Source of the DNA: an uncultured delta proteobacterium
Lineage (GTDB): Bacteria; Desulfobacterota; Desulfuromonadia; Geobacterales; DSM-12255
NCBI GenBank assembly: GCA_963787125.1
Contig: CAWBBV010000012.1
Span: 64,001-128,000, forward strand
Reading direction: 5' to 3'
Length of the DNA: 64,000 bases
This document shows, piece by piece, positions 1 through 8,168 of the stretch. How positions within the stretch are numbered: the first letter of the stretch is position 1; each line of letters begins with the position of its first letter. The translations under genes were made by a program, and so were the position numbers. The notes beneath the pieces are model-generated. The model made no database searches. It was given only the letters and a program-made list of their open reading frames with translations, and was not told the origin of the DNA.

Positions 1-126
1 CAGAGCTGCCGCTTCATGGCTTAACAACTCAATGTAGTGATCACGGACCAGGCGATGATCCACCCAGCTGAACTGTTCGGGAATGGTGCGGATTCGATCG
101 GGGCAGATTGGAAACTTGCGGGTCAT
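1..126 (-). CDS. Hypothetical protein, N-terminal 42 aa (MTRKFPICPDRIRTIPEQFSWVDHRLVRDHYIELLSHEAAAL), truncated by the window edge
   Basis: Not in the ORF track; ATG at 126 with GGAGG RBS; open to position 1; overlaps the tail of ORF 41-610. Confidence 0.75.
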   Translation of the reverse strand, partial: MTRKFPICPDRIRTIPEQFSWVDHRLVRDHYIELLSHEAAAL

Positions 127-610
127 AGCGGCCTCCTGGCTTTGGGTTTATGACATCAAGCCCCAATTGTTCCAGACGGCGGGTTACCGAGTCGATCTCA
201 TCTTGTAACACGCAACCGGTTAAATGCGAGATTAGTCCAATTATAACGGGATGTTGAGGTAGGCAGTAATCTTGTAACACAGGGGTAGATACAGGTAATT
301 CATGTGGCAAATGTGGTATAACTACCTGTTTTATAGAGGGTATTTGCGAGCAGTCATCTTGTAGCACGGCACAAGCAGTCTTACGCCGACTCCCCCCTGG
401 ATTAGCTAAACGCCAATGCCTGACCCGATCTACGTGGATTGAACTCTTGAAATAGGTAGGATTATTTTTAGACCATCGCTTCTGACTGGCGTTCTTGCTC
501 GCCTCTCTGCACTCTGGTTTACTGCAATACGCCTGCTTCTTGACGTTACGATAGTCAGGGGTGAAGATCTCTTTACAGCACCGGCAGTGCCGATTCCTTT
601 TGTGATGCAT
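41..610 (-). CDS. Cys-rich hypothetical protein (putative Zn-binding N-terminus) with three VLQD repeats
   Basis: 189-aa ORF; GGAGG RBS upstream; motifs HCRCC and YCSKPEC. Confidence 0.7.
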   Translation of the reverse strand: MHHKRNRHCRCCKEIFTPDYRNVKKQAYCSKPECREASKNASQKRWSKNNPTYFKSSIHVDRVRHWRLANPGGSRRKTACAVLQDDCSQIPSIKQVVIPHLPHELPVSTPVLQDYCLPQHPVIIGLISHLTGCVLQDEIDSVTRRLEQLGLDVINPKPGGRYDPQVSNLPRSNPHHSRTVQLGGSSPGP

Positions 611-880
611 TACCCGGTACCTCCAAGCAAATCATGAGCATTACAGCGGAATCTGGAAAGAAGAGAATGAAAAACTGGATCAACTGAAGAAAAACAATTT
701 GAAATTAAACTGGGTGGGAAGAAAAAGGGGAAACTGAAGAATAAGCAAATTCAAGATGCCGGAAGAAAATCAATTTCAGGACGCCGGTGGCACCGGCCGG
801 AAGTAGACATAGAATTGCACGGTTTTTCATTGCTTTCACCGCTACATTAAAGGGGGTTTTTGGTAGTCCTGAGAGGGGGG

Positions 881-1354
881 CTATTCAGATTTCTTCGGAT
901 ATTTTTTCTGCCATTCTACTTCTGACATAAACAGGTCTGGATATTTTTTGCGGAGGGGAGGGGACCTCAACCATTCTTCTTCTGAAATAGCAAATTTACG
1001 CATTTCTCTAATGGCTTTTTTAATTAAGTCGCTGCCTACCGTTTTATCTTGTGTACTGTATTGTTCCTTAAGAATTGCTATAGCTTCGTCATAACAGACG
1101 CCTCCCGAGCCTTCCGTCAATTCCATGAAGTCACGCCATATTGAGAAATATCGAAAGTCTGTTGTTTTATTGTGGCCTTTCGGTCTACCTGCTTTTCCCG
1201 TTGGCGTTGCTGGCGGTGCAAGAGCTTTGCAGAAGTCATTAACTGTTGTGACTGGCAGTGTTTCACTTATTGCTAAAATGGCAGTTGCGCGCTGCTGCTC
1301 GCTCATATCAATCCATTCGGCAAGAACGTCTGTAAATTTATTCAGGAATTTCAT
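881..1354 (-). CDS. Hypothetical protein of the integrative element, possibly DNA-binding (GRPKG motif)
   Basis: 157-aa ORF starting 15 nt after the integrase stop; GGAG RBS. Confidence 0.7.
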   Translation of the reverse strand: MKFLNKFTDVLAEWIDMSEQQRATAILAISETLPVTTVNDFCKALAPPATPTGKAGRPKGHNKTTDFRYFSIWRDFMELTEGSGGVCYDEAIAILKEQYSTQDKTVGSDLIKKAIREMRKFAISEEEWLRSPPLRKKYPDLFMSEVEWQKKYPKKSE

Positions 1355-1369
1355 TTAATTTTCGCTCTC

Positions 1370-2725
1370 CTATGCCGCCTTACGTTTGCCTGCTTGAATG
1401 CTGATTACGTTGCCGGCTGCTTCTCCGGTGATAATGCTGTTTAACTTACGCTCCCAGGATTCAAGGGCTTGCTGCTTTTCCTTGTCGTAACGGTTTAAGT
1501 TGTATGTGCGTATAATGCCCTGCTTGCTATGGTTCAGAACTGCGTCAATGACTTCATCCATGAAACCAAGTTGAGACATGAATGTCGCTGCAGTTCTACG
1601 ACAGTCGTGCGGGACGAAATCGGCAACTCCTAGCTTGTTCTCCGTCACTGGTTCGCCTTTCTTGTCAAATACTGGCTTGCCATTCACAAGGACTGGAGAG
1701 GCGAGGTTACGCCATACGGCCTGAGAGATTGACAGCCTACCCATTGGCTGAATTTTCTTGAGATTAGTGCAAGGGAAGATAAAGCCCTTGTCAACTTCCT
1801 TGCCGGTGTCCTTGTCGATCTTCTTCAAGCTGCCTATCAGGTCAAGAGCGGTATTGGTCAGAAATACACGGTGAGCTTTTTTGTTCTTCGATCTCTCTGC
1901 CGGGATTGTCCACCATGCACCGATGACTTTTTCTTTTTCAATGATCTGCTCAATCTCGCTGGTGTGCATCCCTATCACTTCGCCGGGACGTTGGCCGGTC
2001 AACAGAATCAGCCTGAGTGCCCTCCTGATGTCACCTGAAATATTGCAGGTGTCAAGGTTGCTCCATAGTGTTTTAATCTCTGCCTCGGTCAATGTACGAT
2101 CCCCACGGTTCAACGGTGCCGGCATAACAACGCCATCACAAGGGGAGTGTTCAAGGATGTCTCTCTGAACAGCAAAGCGGAACATCTTACGAATGATCTT
2201 GAAGTTACTGTTCGCTGATCCCGGTGAGCCTCTCTCGATGATTGATTCAAGTAATAGGACAACATCACGTTTCTTTATATCGGCGGCTTTACGCTTTCCC
2301 CATGCTACAAAAGCGTCTTTGTTCAATATTCGCTCGTCCTCTTTCCATGACCGCTTAGAGGGTTCAGCGTGCTTCTTGATGTACTCTTCAATGAGCTTGG
2401 CAACAGTGAGGGCTTTCTGGTGCTCTTCTCGCTGCTGTCTGGCTACATCATGTTCTTGATCCCTTTCCGCCTGTGGGTCACGTGGGTTCTTGGTATCATG
2501 TAGAATTCCATAAGCTGCGGAGTAATCGGCCCTTGCATCGGCCAGGCTCTTGTCCGGATAGTTGCCAAGGTTCATCTGTCTGCGCTTGCCATCAAAAGTG
2601 TAGGTGAAGATCCATATCTTGAGACCTGAAGGCAGAACGCGAATACCGAAGCCTTTGCTTTCTCTCTGCTGATACATCTTGACTTTAGGTTTAAGGTTCC
2701 TTATCTCTGAGTCAGTGAATTTCAT
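1370..2725 (-). CDS. int: P4-like tyrosine recombinase/integrase with N-terminal arm-binding domain
   Basis: GFGIRV..SGLKIW..Y..DGKRR..LG.YP..SLADAR arm domain; catalytic R (GQRPGE), K (SKNK), HxxR (HDCRR), H (LNH), Y (RTYN). Confidence 0.96.
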   Translation of the reverse strand: MKFTDSEIRNLKPKVKMYQQRESKGFGIRVLPSGLKIWIFTYTFDGKRRQMNLGNYPDKSLADARADYSAAYGILHDTKNPRDPQAERDQEHDVARQQREEHQKALTVAKLIEEYIKKHAEPSKRSWKEDERILNKDAFVAWGKRKAADIKKRDVVLLLESIIERGSPGSANSNFKIIRKMFRFAVQRDILEHSPCDGVVMPAPLNRGDRTLTEAEIKTLWSNLDTCNISGDIRRALRLILLTGQRPGEVIGMHTSEIEQIIEKEKVIGAWWTIPAERSKNKKAHRVFLTNTALDLIGSLKKIDKDTGKEVDKGFIFPCTNLKKIQPMGRLSISQAVWRNLASPVLVNGKPVFDKKGEPVTENKLGVADFVPHDCRRTAATFMSQLGFMDEVIDAVLNHSKQGIIRTYNLNRYDKEKQQALESWERKLNSIITGEAAGNVISIQAGKRKAA

Positions 2726-2740
2726 ATATCCCCCTGGAAA

Positions 2741-2797
2741 AGGTTACAGATTGAATGTGTAACCTCTGGTGTAACCTCTTGAATGTTGGCAACCTAT
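2741..2797. repeat. Putative integrase arm-type binding sites
   Basis: GTGTAACCTCT at 2757-2767 and 2769-2779; inverted AGGTTACA 2741-2748; degenerate GGCAACCTAT 2788-2797. Confidence 0.6.
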
Positions 2798-2920
2798 GAA
2801 ATTTAGTGAAATGCTACAAGGGGATAGTAAGGTGAATATGTTGAATAGTCAAGTAGTTATAAATGATAGTTGAGCGTTAAAGAAATGCTGTGAAATGCCA
2901 GAAATGACCGTACGTTCTTA

Positions 2921-2965
2921 CTTACAAGCTGGATGTCGCAGGTTCGATCCCTGCTTCACCCACCA
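2921..2965 (+). pseudogene. 3' half of tRNA-Val(TAC), the att core duplication
   Basis: CTTACAA anticodon loop, GCTGG, T-arm GCAGG-TTCGATC-CCTGC, acceptor strand ending CACCCACCA; no D-arm or 5' acceptor strand upstream. Confidence 0.9.
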
Positions 2966-2971
2966 AAGATT

Positions 2972-3005
2972 AAGCACTTACAGGTTTACTTGTAAGTGCT
3001 TTTTT
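2972..3005 (+). terminator. Rho-independent terminator of the original tRNA locus
   Basis: AAGCACTTACA / TGTAAGTGCTT stem followed by a T run. Confidence 0.8.
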
Positions 3006-3008
3006 AAT

Positions 3009-3037
3009 TTGTGTCGTTGCAAATACCTCAATATAAT
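3009..3037 (+). promoter_or_regulatory. Putative sigma70 promoter for the 3066 gene
   Basis: TTGTGT-17 nt-TATAAT. Confidence 0.45.
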
Positions 3038-3065
3038 TCTTGCACACGTAGTCAAAGGAGGCTCC

Positions 3066-3635
3066 ATGAGTGACGTCGTTTCGTTCTGGATGGAAAACAA
3101 GAGCTGCGTCGGCAAGCTCGCCCTTACTATCGGTGACCAGTCGCTGGTTATTTATCGTGAGCGCTATTATCTGCTTAAAGGTGGAACCGCAGAGACCAGG
3201 GGTGGTAAGCCCTTGCGTTATTCACTCTCCTCCCTGCCGGCAACCTGGAAGCTAGCCCTGAAAGGTGGTCTGCAAGCGTTGCCTGCGGCGGCGCAGGCGG
3301 AACCCGATTCAGACCCTGTTGCAATGATTCCAAAACGTCCACGGGTTAAAAAGGAGCAGCTGATCGTGCCGGAGCCACAACTTGAAACAGTGCCTGTAGA
3401 AATCGAAGAAGTGCCTCTGAAAGCTGCAAAACCGGCAAAAAGAGCCGATAAACCTGCGCCGCAAGAGCCGGTCATCGCCAACTGTCCCAACTGTAGCAGT
3501 CGCCATGAGATCCCTCTGGAGAAAGGTAAAAGCGGTAAACCGTTCTTCATTACGTGCAATAAGTGCACAAGCGAGTTCGCCGTCAGGTTCGTCCAGGTCA
3601 CCATGTTTCAGGCTCAGGTTGCCGGGTTCAAGTAG
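3066..3635 (+). CDS. Hypothetical protein with Pro/Ala/Lys-rich linker and C-terminal zinc ribbon
   Basis: AGGAGG RBS before ATG 3066 (the track start at 2895 runs through the tRNA fragment); CPNC...CNKC. Confidence 0.8.
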   Translation: MSDVVSFWMENKSCVGKLALTIGDQSLVIYRERYYLLKGGTAETRGGKPLRYSLSSLPATWKLALKGGLQALPAAAQAEPDSDPVAMIPKRPRVKKEQLIVPEPQLETVPVEIEEVPLKAAKPAKRADKPAPQEPVIANCPNCSSRHEIPLEKGKSGKPFFITCNKCTSEFAVRFVQVTMFQAQVAGFK

Positions 3636-3657
3636 GTGGGAAAAGATTCTTAATTAA

Positions 3658-3680
3658 ATCCCCCGGCTCTGCCGGGGGAT
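3658..3680. terminator. GC-rich hairpin between convergent genes
   Basis: ATCCCCCGGC-TCT-GCCGGGGGAT perfect 10-bp stem. Confidence 0.55.
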
Positions 3681-3693
3681 GCCTGCCTGGTGC

Positions 3694-5400
3694 CTATCTT
3701 ACCTTCATTTTTGCGGTAGCATTGCCGGAACTTAAATCGACACGGGTGCGTCCGGCAGCTATGGTTCCATTCCCCCAGCCTAACCCATATAAACCATAGA
3801 AAGTTCCGACAGCATTCCCCGGTATATTGCCAATTATTACAGTATTACCTGCACCGCCACCATTATGCATGGCAGCGCCTACAGATGTATTTGCCGGGGA
3901 ATTCAAGGTACCGACACTGTCCACAATCATACCGCCATGGGTGACAAATAGCTGACCATTGGTCGGTTTTGGTAAGGTCATCGACCCCATCCCCATGCCA
4001 TAACCGTTGCCGCTACCGAACAGTGCCATATCAAAAACTGCGGAAATAGTTGCCGGTGTGGCTCCTGAAATCTGGGGCGGATTTACAGCCATTGATACAG
4101 CCTGTCCGGCAGTTCCTGTCATGCCATTCAGGGCAACTCCTCTCACATAATAGCCGGGGGCGTCGGCGACCGCCGAGAAAACGCCACTGGATGCTGTATC
4201 AGCGGTAAGGGACAGCGGGTTCCCCGGCGAATGTGTTGCCACGTTGACAGGTCCGGTTGACAGCTCTTCGGCTTTATTAAACCTGCCGGTATATGGGTCC
4301 AGATGACGGTAGCGTACCTCGTAGGGGACAGGATCACCGCTTATGGTCTGGTAAAAGTTCATCCACGAGCCGGTCGGGTGCATTGCTGAGCCGAGCTGGG
4401 CGGTGAATTCGCCGCCAGGTTGCATGGTGATTGTGCCAAGCTCGACTGCACCTGCAGCCAGAGAAGTCCCTTTATGTACTTTTACCCCTTTGACGATGGC
4501 GGTCTGTACATTGCGGCCTCGGAGCAGGATGTCATATGTTGCGGTGGTGGCGTTGCCGAAAACAGGCAGAGGGTAAAGGTTGAATTTACCGGTGGCTTTG
4601 TCTACTCCCGTCCAGCGCCGGACTATGCGGTATCCGGCGCCCGGCTTGACCTGCTCGGCCTTGATGACAAAGCGGGAAGTGGAGAGGTTGGCGAAGTTTA
4701 CCGTCCCCTTGATTGCACCAACAGAACCCATATCAAAATAGCCCAGGCGTGGTTTGATGATGAACTCTTTGACGCTGTTCGGTGAAACCTCTACCAGATC
4801 GTTGTTCAGGTTGAAATCAAGCGCTATCTTGACACTGCTTCCTGCCGTAACCACAACAGGAGATTCGGGAATCAGCCGGATGCCTTCATAGGCAGTTGGA
4901 ATGCGGAGCGGGTAATGATTTGTAACCCCATTCAAAACAACCTCATTGTTGTAAGTCAATCCAGAAGCTGTTGCAGAGGCGGTCAGGACATCCTCTGTGG
5001 ATGCCAGAAATATTCGTATTTGCTGGTAGTGCCCTGCAGGCAGATCCATGCCGGTGAATAAAGGTGCTCCGGCATTGTCCGCATACATCACACCGTTTGC
5101 CAGCTGGGCCAGGTCAACGGTTTTGGGGGCATGCAGGTCAATCTTGTGCCAGCCGACATTCTTGCCGGTACTATAGCTGTCAAAGCCGGCGCTGCTACTG
5201 GTATGAAAGGCCACAGCGGTGACCGTCACATATACATGCGCGTAGTCCATGGCCGGGGCATCCGTCACATCCAGGCTGACCTTGCCAAGCGGAGTGGCTG
5301 CAGACGATGTCGATGAACTACTGCCGCCGCATCCGCCAAGACTCAATGCGAACGTAATAATGAAAATTACTGCCAAGAGTTTACCAGCGTGTTTATTCAT
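3694..5400 (-). CDS. DUF4382-like lipoprotein (paralog 2)
   Basis: Lipobox LGGC plus Ser-rich tether; 'DVTDAP..Y.HVYVTV', 'VDLAQLANG', 'LPAG.Y.QIR', 'LDFNL', 'IKP'; AGGAGG RBS. Confidence 0.8.
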   Translation of the reverse strand: MNKHAGKLLAVIFIITFALSLGGCGGSSSSTSSAATPLGKVSLDVTDAPAMDYAHVYVTVTAVAFHTSSSAGFDSYSTGKNVGWHKIDLHAPKTVDLAQLANGVMYADNAGAPLFTGMDLPAGHYQQIRIFLASTEDVLTASATASGLTYNNEVVLNGVTNHYPLRIPTAYEGIRLIPESPVVVTAGSSVKIALDFNLNNDLVEVSPNSVKEFIIKPRLGYFDMGSVGAIKGTVNFANLSTSRFVIKAEQVKPGAGYRIVRRWTGVDKATGKFNLYPLPVFGNATTATYDILLRGRNVQTAIVKGVKVHKGTSLAAGAVELGTITMQPGGEFTAQLGSAMHPTGSWMNFYQTISGDPVPYEVRYRHLDPYTGRFNKAEELSTGPVNVATHSPGNPLSLTADTASSGVFSAVADAPGYYVRGVALNGMTGTAGQAVSMAVNPPQISGATPATISAVFDMALFGSGNGYGMGMGSMTLPKPTNGQLFVTHGGMIVDSVGTLNSPANTSVGAAMHNGGGAGNTVIIGNIPGNAVGTFYGLYGLGWGNGTIAAGRTRVDLSSGNATAKMKVR

Positions 5401-5453
5401 GATCCGCCTCCTTTTTTACTTGTTGTTTGATGATTCTTTACGGCTACGAGTAA

Positions 5454-7178
5454 TCATTTCATTTTGATTGTAACTGCTACGCTCCCCCCACTTTTCAGAT
5501 CGATATCCAGCGCTTTACCTGCAGCCAGGTAGCCATTGCCCCAGCCAAGCGCATAGATGCCGTAGACAGCATTAGGAATATTGCCGGGAATGTTCAGCAG
5601 GTTCACAGGGTAGGCCATACCGCCACCGGCTGACAAAGCGCTGTTGACCGAACTGTCGCCGCCGAGATTGCCGAGGCTGTCAATAATCATCCCTCCATGG
5701 GTGACAAATATCTGTCCTTTTGGCGGATAACCGATGTGGCGCCCCATCCCCATACCGGAACCCGTACCGGTGCCAAGCAGAGCCATATCGAAAACACACC
5801 TGATACTGCCGGTAGTTGCCGGTGTGCTTATCTGCGGCAGGTTTGCGCCGGCCATGGCTATTGAATAATTCTGACCGGCAGCGGCTGTTATCCCTGTCAG
5901 TTCCATACCTTTAGCAAAAAACTCCGGCGCATCTGCCACTACTGAGAACATTCCTGAACTGGTGTTGTCGGTTGCAAATAACAGCGGTGAACCGGCTGCG
6001 TGTGTGGCGACACGGATTGTGTCCGTAGAAAGATTGACCGGTAGGGCAAATTTACCGGTGTAGGGATCGAGATGACGGGAGCTGACTTCATAAGGTACTG
6101 AGTCGCCGGCAATTTTTTGATAAAAATTAAGCCAGGAACCGGTGGGATGAATAGCCGCCCCAACTTGCGCGGTAAACTCGGTACCCGGATTCATGGAAAT
6201 AGTTCCCAGGTCGATGCCGTTTGTCTGGTTTGTACCGCTATGGATTTTTACCCCTTTGACAATGCTCGTCTGAATATTTCGTCCGCGGATCAGGATGTCA
6301 TATGTGGCTGTAGTAGCGTTGCCGAATACCGGCAAAGGGTAGAGGTTAAACGTGCCGGTGTTTTTATCCACTGCTGTTATGCGGCGCACAACCCGGTAGA
6401 CATTCCCGGTTTTTAACTGCTCGGCTTTGACTTCGATTCTGGATGATGAAAGATTGGCAAAGTTTATAGTCCCTTTGACCGCACCAACCCTGCCCAGGTC
6501 GAAATACCCAAGCCGTGGCTTGAAGATAAATTCAGTGGCTCCATTCGGAGATACCTTCACAATGTCATCGTTTAGATTAAAGTCCAGGGCCAGGCGGATG
6601 TTGCCGCTGGCGGCTACGACCAGGGGAGATTCGGGAAGAACCTTAATACCGCCTTCTGCTGAAGGGATACGTAAAGGGTAGTGAGCAGAGTCGTTGTTAA
6701 GTTGCAGTTCGTTGTTATATGTCAGTCCAGGTTTAGAGCCAAGATAAGCATCTTCGGTTGAAGCAAGGAATATGCGGAGTTGCTGATATCTTCCCGCCGG
6801 CAGCTTCATCCCGCTGAACAATGAACTGTTTCCGTTTAAATCAGCGTACATGGTGCCGTTAGTAAGCTGAGCCAGGTCGACAGTTGTAGGGGCCGCCAGC
6901 TTCACAACCTCCCATCCTGCCGTCTTGCTGGTGCTGTAACTTGAGAAAGCTGCGCTTGTGTCAGTATGGAATGCCACTGCCGTAACTGTCACATAGACAT
7001 GAGTATAGTCGATGGCCGGCGCGTCGGTAATATCAAGTGCTATCAGGGTTCCGGTGCCTCCAGTCCCCACGCCGGCATTTTGACCCGAACTGCAACCGGT
7101 TATGATAGCTGCGCTAACCAGACAGAGTGCCATTATCCGCCAGACAGACAAACCTGGGTGTGAAGTAGATGTTTTCAT
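5454..7178 (-). CDS. DUF4382-like lipoprotein (paralog 1)
   Basis: Lipobox ITGC; GVGTGGTG tether; same motifs, collinear with 3694-5400; ATGA overlap with the upstream gene. Confidence 0.8.
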   Translation of the reverse strand: MKTSTSHPGLSVWRIMALCLVSAAIITGCSSGQNAGVGTGGTGTLIALDITDAPAIDYTHVYVTVTAVAFHTDTSAAFSSYSTSKTAGWEVVKLAAPTTVDLAQLTNGTMYADLNGNSSLFSGMKLPAGRYQQLRIFLASTEDAYLGSKPGLTYNNELQLNNDSAHYPLRIPSAEGGIKVLPESPLVVAASGNIRLALDFNLNDDIVKVSPNGATEFIFKPRLGYFDLGRVGAVKGTINFANLSSSRIEVKAEQLKTGNVYRVVRRITAVDKNTGTFNLYPLPVFGNATTATYDILIRGRNIQTSIVKGVKIHSGTNQTNGIDLGTISMNPGTEFTAQVGAAIHPTGSWLNFYQKIAGDSVPYEVSSRHLDPYTGKFALPVNLSTDTIRVATHAAGSPLLFATDNTSSGMFSVVADAPEFFAKGMELTGITAAAGQNYSIAMAGANLPQISTPATTGSIRCVFDMALLGTGTGSGMGMGRHIGYPPKGQIFVTHGGMIIDSLGNLGGDSSVNSALSAGGGMAYPVNLLNIPGNIPNAVYGIYALGWGNGYLAAGKALDIDLKSGGSVAVTIKMK

Positions 7179-8080
7179 TTGGATTTATCCTTTGCAGTTG
7201 GTTTGCAACCGGAGAGTAGCGCGGGGTCACTTGCGCTTACGAGTGGGGTTTCAGTGAAGGTATAGACACCGATACGGAGACGCTTATCCTGTCTACGCCC
7301 GGCGAGCTGATCGGCTTCAATCATCTCAGTGATGGCCGGCACCAGGGCGTCACTGAGCGCTTTCCATTGGTGCATGATAAGCGGCCGTAACGCCTTGATG
7401 GACTCGGCAGACAGTTCATCAGCAAAAACCGCCTGTTCAAGATGCTTGTCTCCAGTTCCTAAAACATTGGTGATGGCGGCTTCAAGGTGGTCTCCAATAT
7501 TTTCACCTACAAACCGGAGCATCTGTTCAGAGTCATTCCCCGGCACAAATTCAGTCCGGACGAGCGATACACGATCGAGTTGTTCATCATGGTGAGCCAG
7601 ACCCAGTCGGATCAATTCATCAAGCATGCTCCGTGGATGGATATCTCTGGTAATGGAATGTGCGAGTGCTTCAAAGCTCGGGGCAGGTCCCTGTCGCTCA
7701 AGGACGGCTGGGGTCCCGCTCTGGTCTTGCAGTGCGGGGTTTGTTGTCCAGCGGGCAAAAAGTTCAGCGGCAAGTGGCGGTTTAGTTGTCCGGACAGTAT
7801 GCTTTTGTTTTGTCAAACGGGTCACTTCACGACGGTTGATACCTGTGGCGGTGCTGATCCTGCTTACCATGCCGTGCAGTGGTGCTTCCGGCTGCAATGC
7901 GCCTGCTTCCTGAACAAAGGCTTTTTTCAGGAGTTCTTCAATCGGCGCAAATGTGATCCCTCTCGACAGACATAGGCGTGCAAGCGGGGTCAGCAAGCGG
8001 CTTAGGGTTTCTGTCAAAACCTCGTCGTTGCAATTGACTTCCGAGGTTTCATACACTGTTATTTGGGTAGTTGTTGTCAT
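7175..8080 (-). CDS. DUF6502-family protein, putative HTH regulator
   Basis: 'LLTPLARLCL..GI.F..IEELLKKAFV', HTH-like 'VSRISTATGINRREVTRL', 'SFEALA..I..DIHPR..LDELIRLG', 'LEQAVFADELS', 'RLRIGVY'; start moved to ATG 8080 because the track start lies inside the promoter. Confidence 0.8.
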   Translation of the reverse strand: MTTTTQITVYETSEVNCNDEVLTETLSRLLTPLARLCLSRGITFAPIEELLKKAFVQEAGALQPEAPLHGMVSRISTATGINRREVTRLTKQKHTVRTTKPPLAAELFARWTTNPALQDQSGTPAVLERQGPAPSFEALAHSITRDIHPRSMLDELIRLGLAHHDEQLDRVSLVRTEFVPGNDSEQMLRFVGENIGDHLEAAITNVLGTGDKHLEQAVFADELSAESIKALRPLIMHQWKALSDALVPAITEMIEADQLAGRRQDKRLRIGVYTFTETPLVSASDPALLSGCKPTAKDKSK

Positions 8081-8104
8081 ATCGAAACCTGAATTTATTT
8101 GTAA

Positions 8105-8144
8105 GCCATATGTGCATTTTGCACATATGGCCATATTTTGTCAA
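8105..8144 (-). promoter_or_regulatory. Sigma70 promoter with overlapping palindromic operator
   Basis: Minus strand TTGACA (8144-8139)-17 nt-CAAAAT (8121-8116); palindrome GCCATATGTGCA-TTT-TGCACATATGGC at 8105-8131. Confidence 0.7.
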
Positions 8145-8168
8145 TAATATTTATGCAGTGATTTAAGA

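Larger units (their letters stand above)
1..846 (-). mobile_element. Probable left end of an IS21-family-like element carrying accessory ORFs (partial)
   Basis: Minus strand starts TGTAGCGGTGAAAGC at 846 (TG terminus); GCCGGAAG repeated at 758-765 and 796-803; the two ORFs resemble genes I recall preceding istA/istB. No transposase in the window. Confidence 0.45.
1..2965. mobile_element. End of an integrative element (prophage/ICE/genomic island) inserted in tRNA-Val(TAC); continues beyond the left edge
   Basis: Tyrosine integrase 1370-2725 next to a truncated tRNA-Val 3' half (2921-2965), with arm-type repeats between them. Confidence 0.85.

Noticed and set aside
2890..2965. Intact tRNA-Val gene
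   Set aside because: Sequence upstream of 2921 cannot form the D-arm, the 5' anticodon stem or the 5' acceptor strand
2895..3065. N-terminal extension of ORF 2895-3635
   Set aside because: It crosses the tRNA fragment and terminator; a strong RBS supports ATG 3066
8081..8134. Longer start for the DUF6502 ORF with an apparent CxxC (CAKC)
   Set aside because: These codons are the promoter/operator palindrome, so the motif is probably incidental
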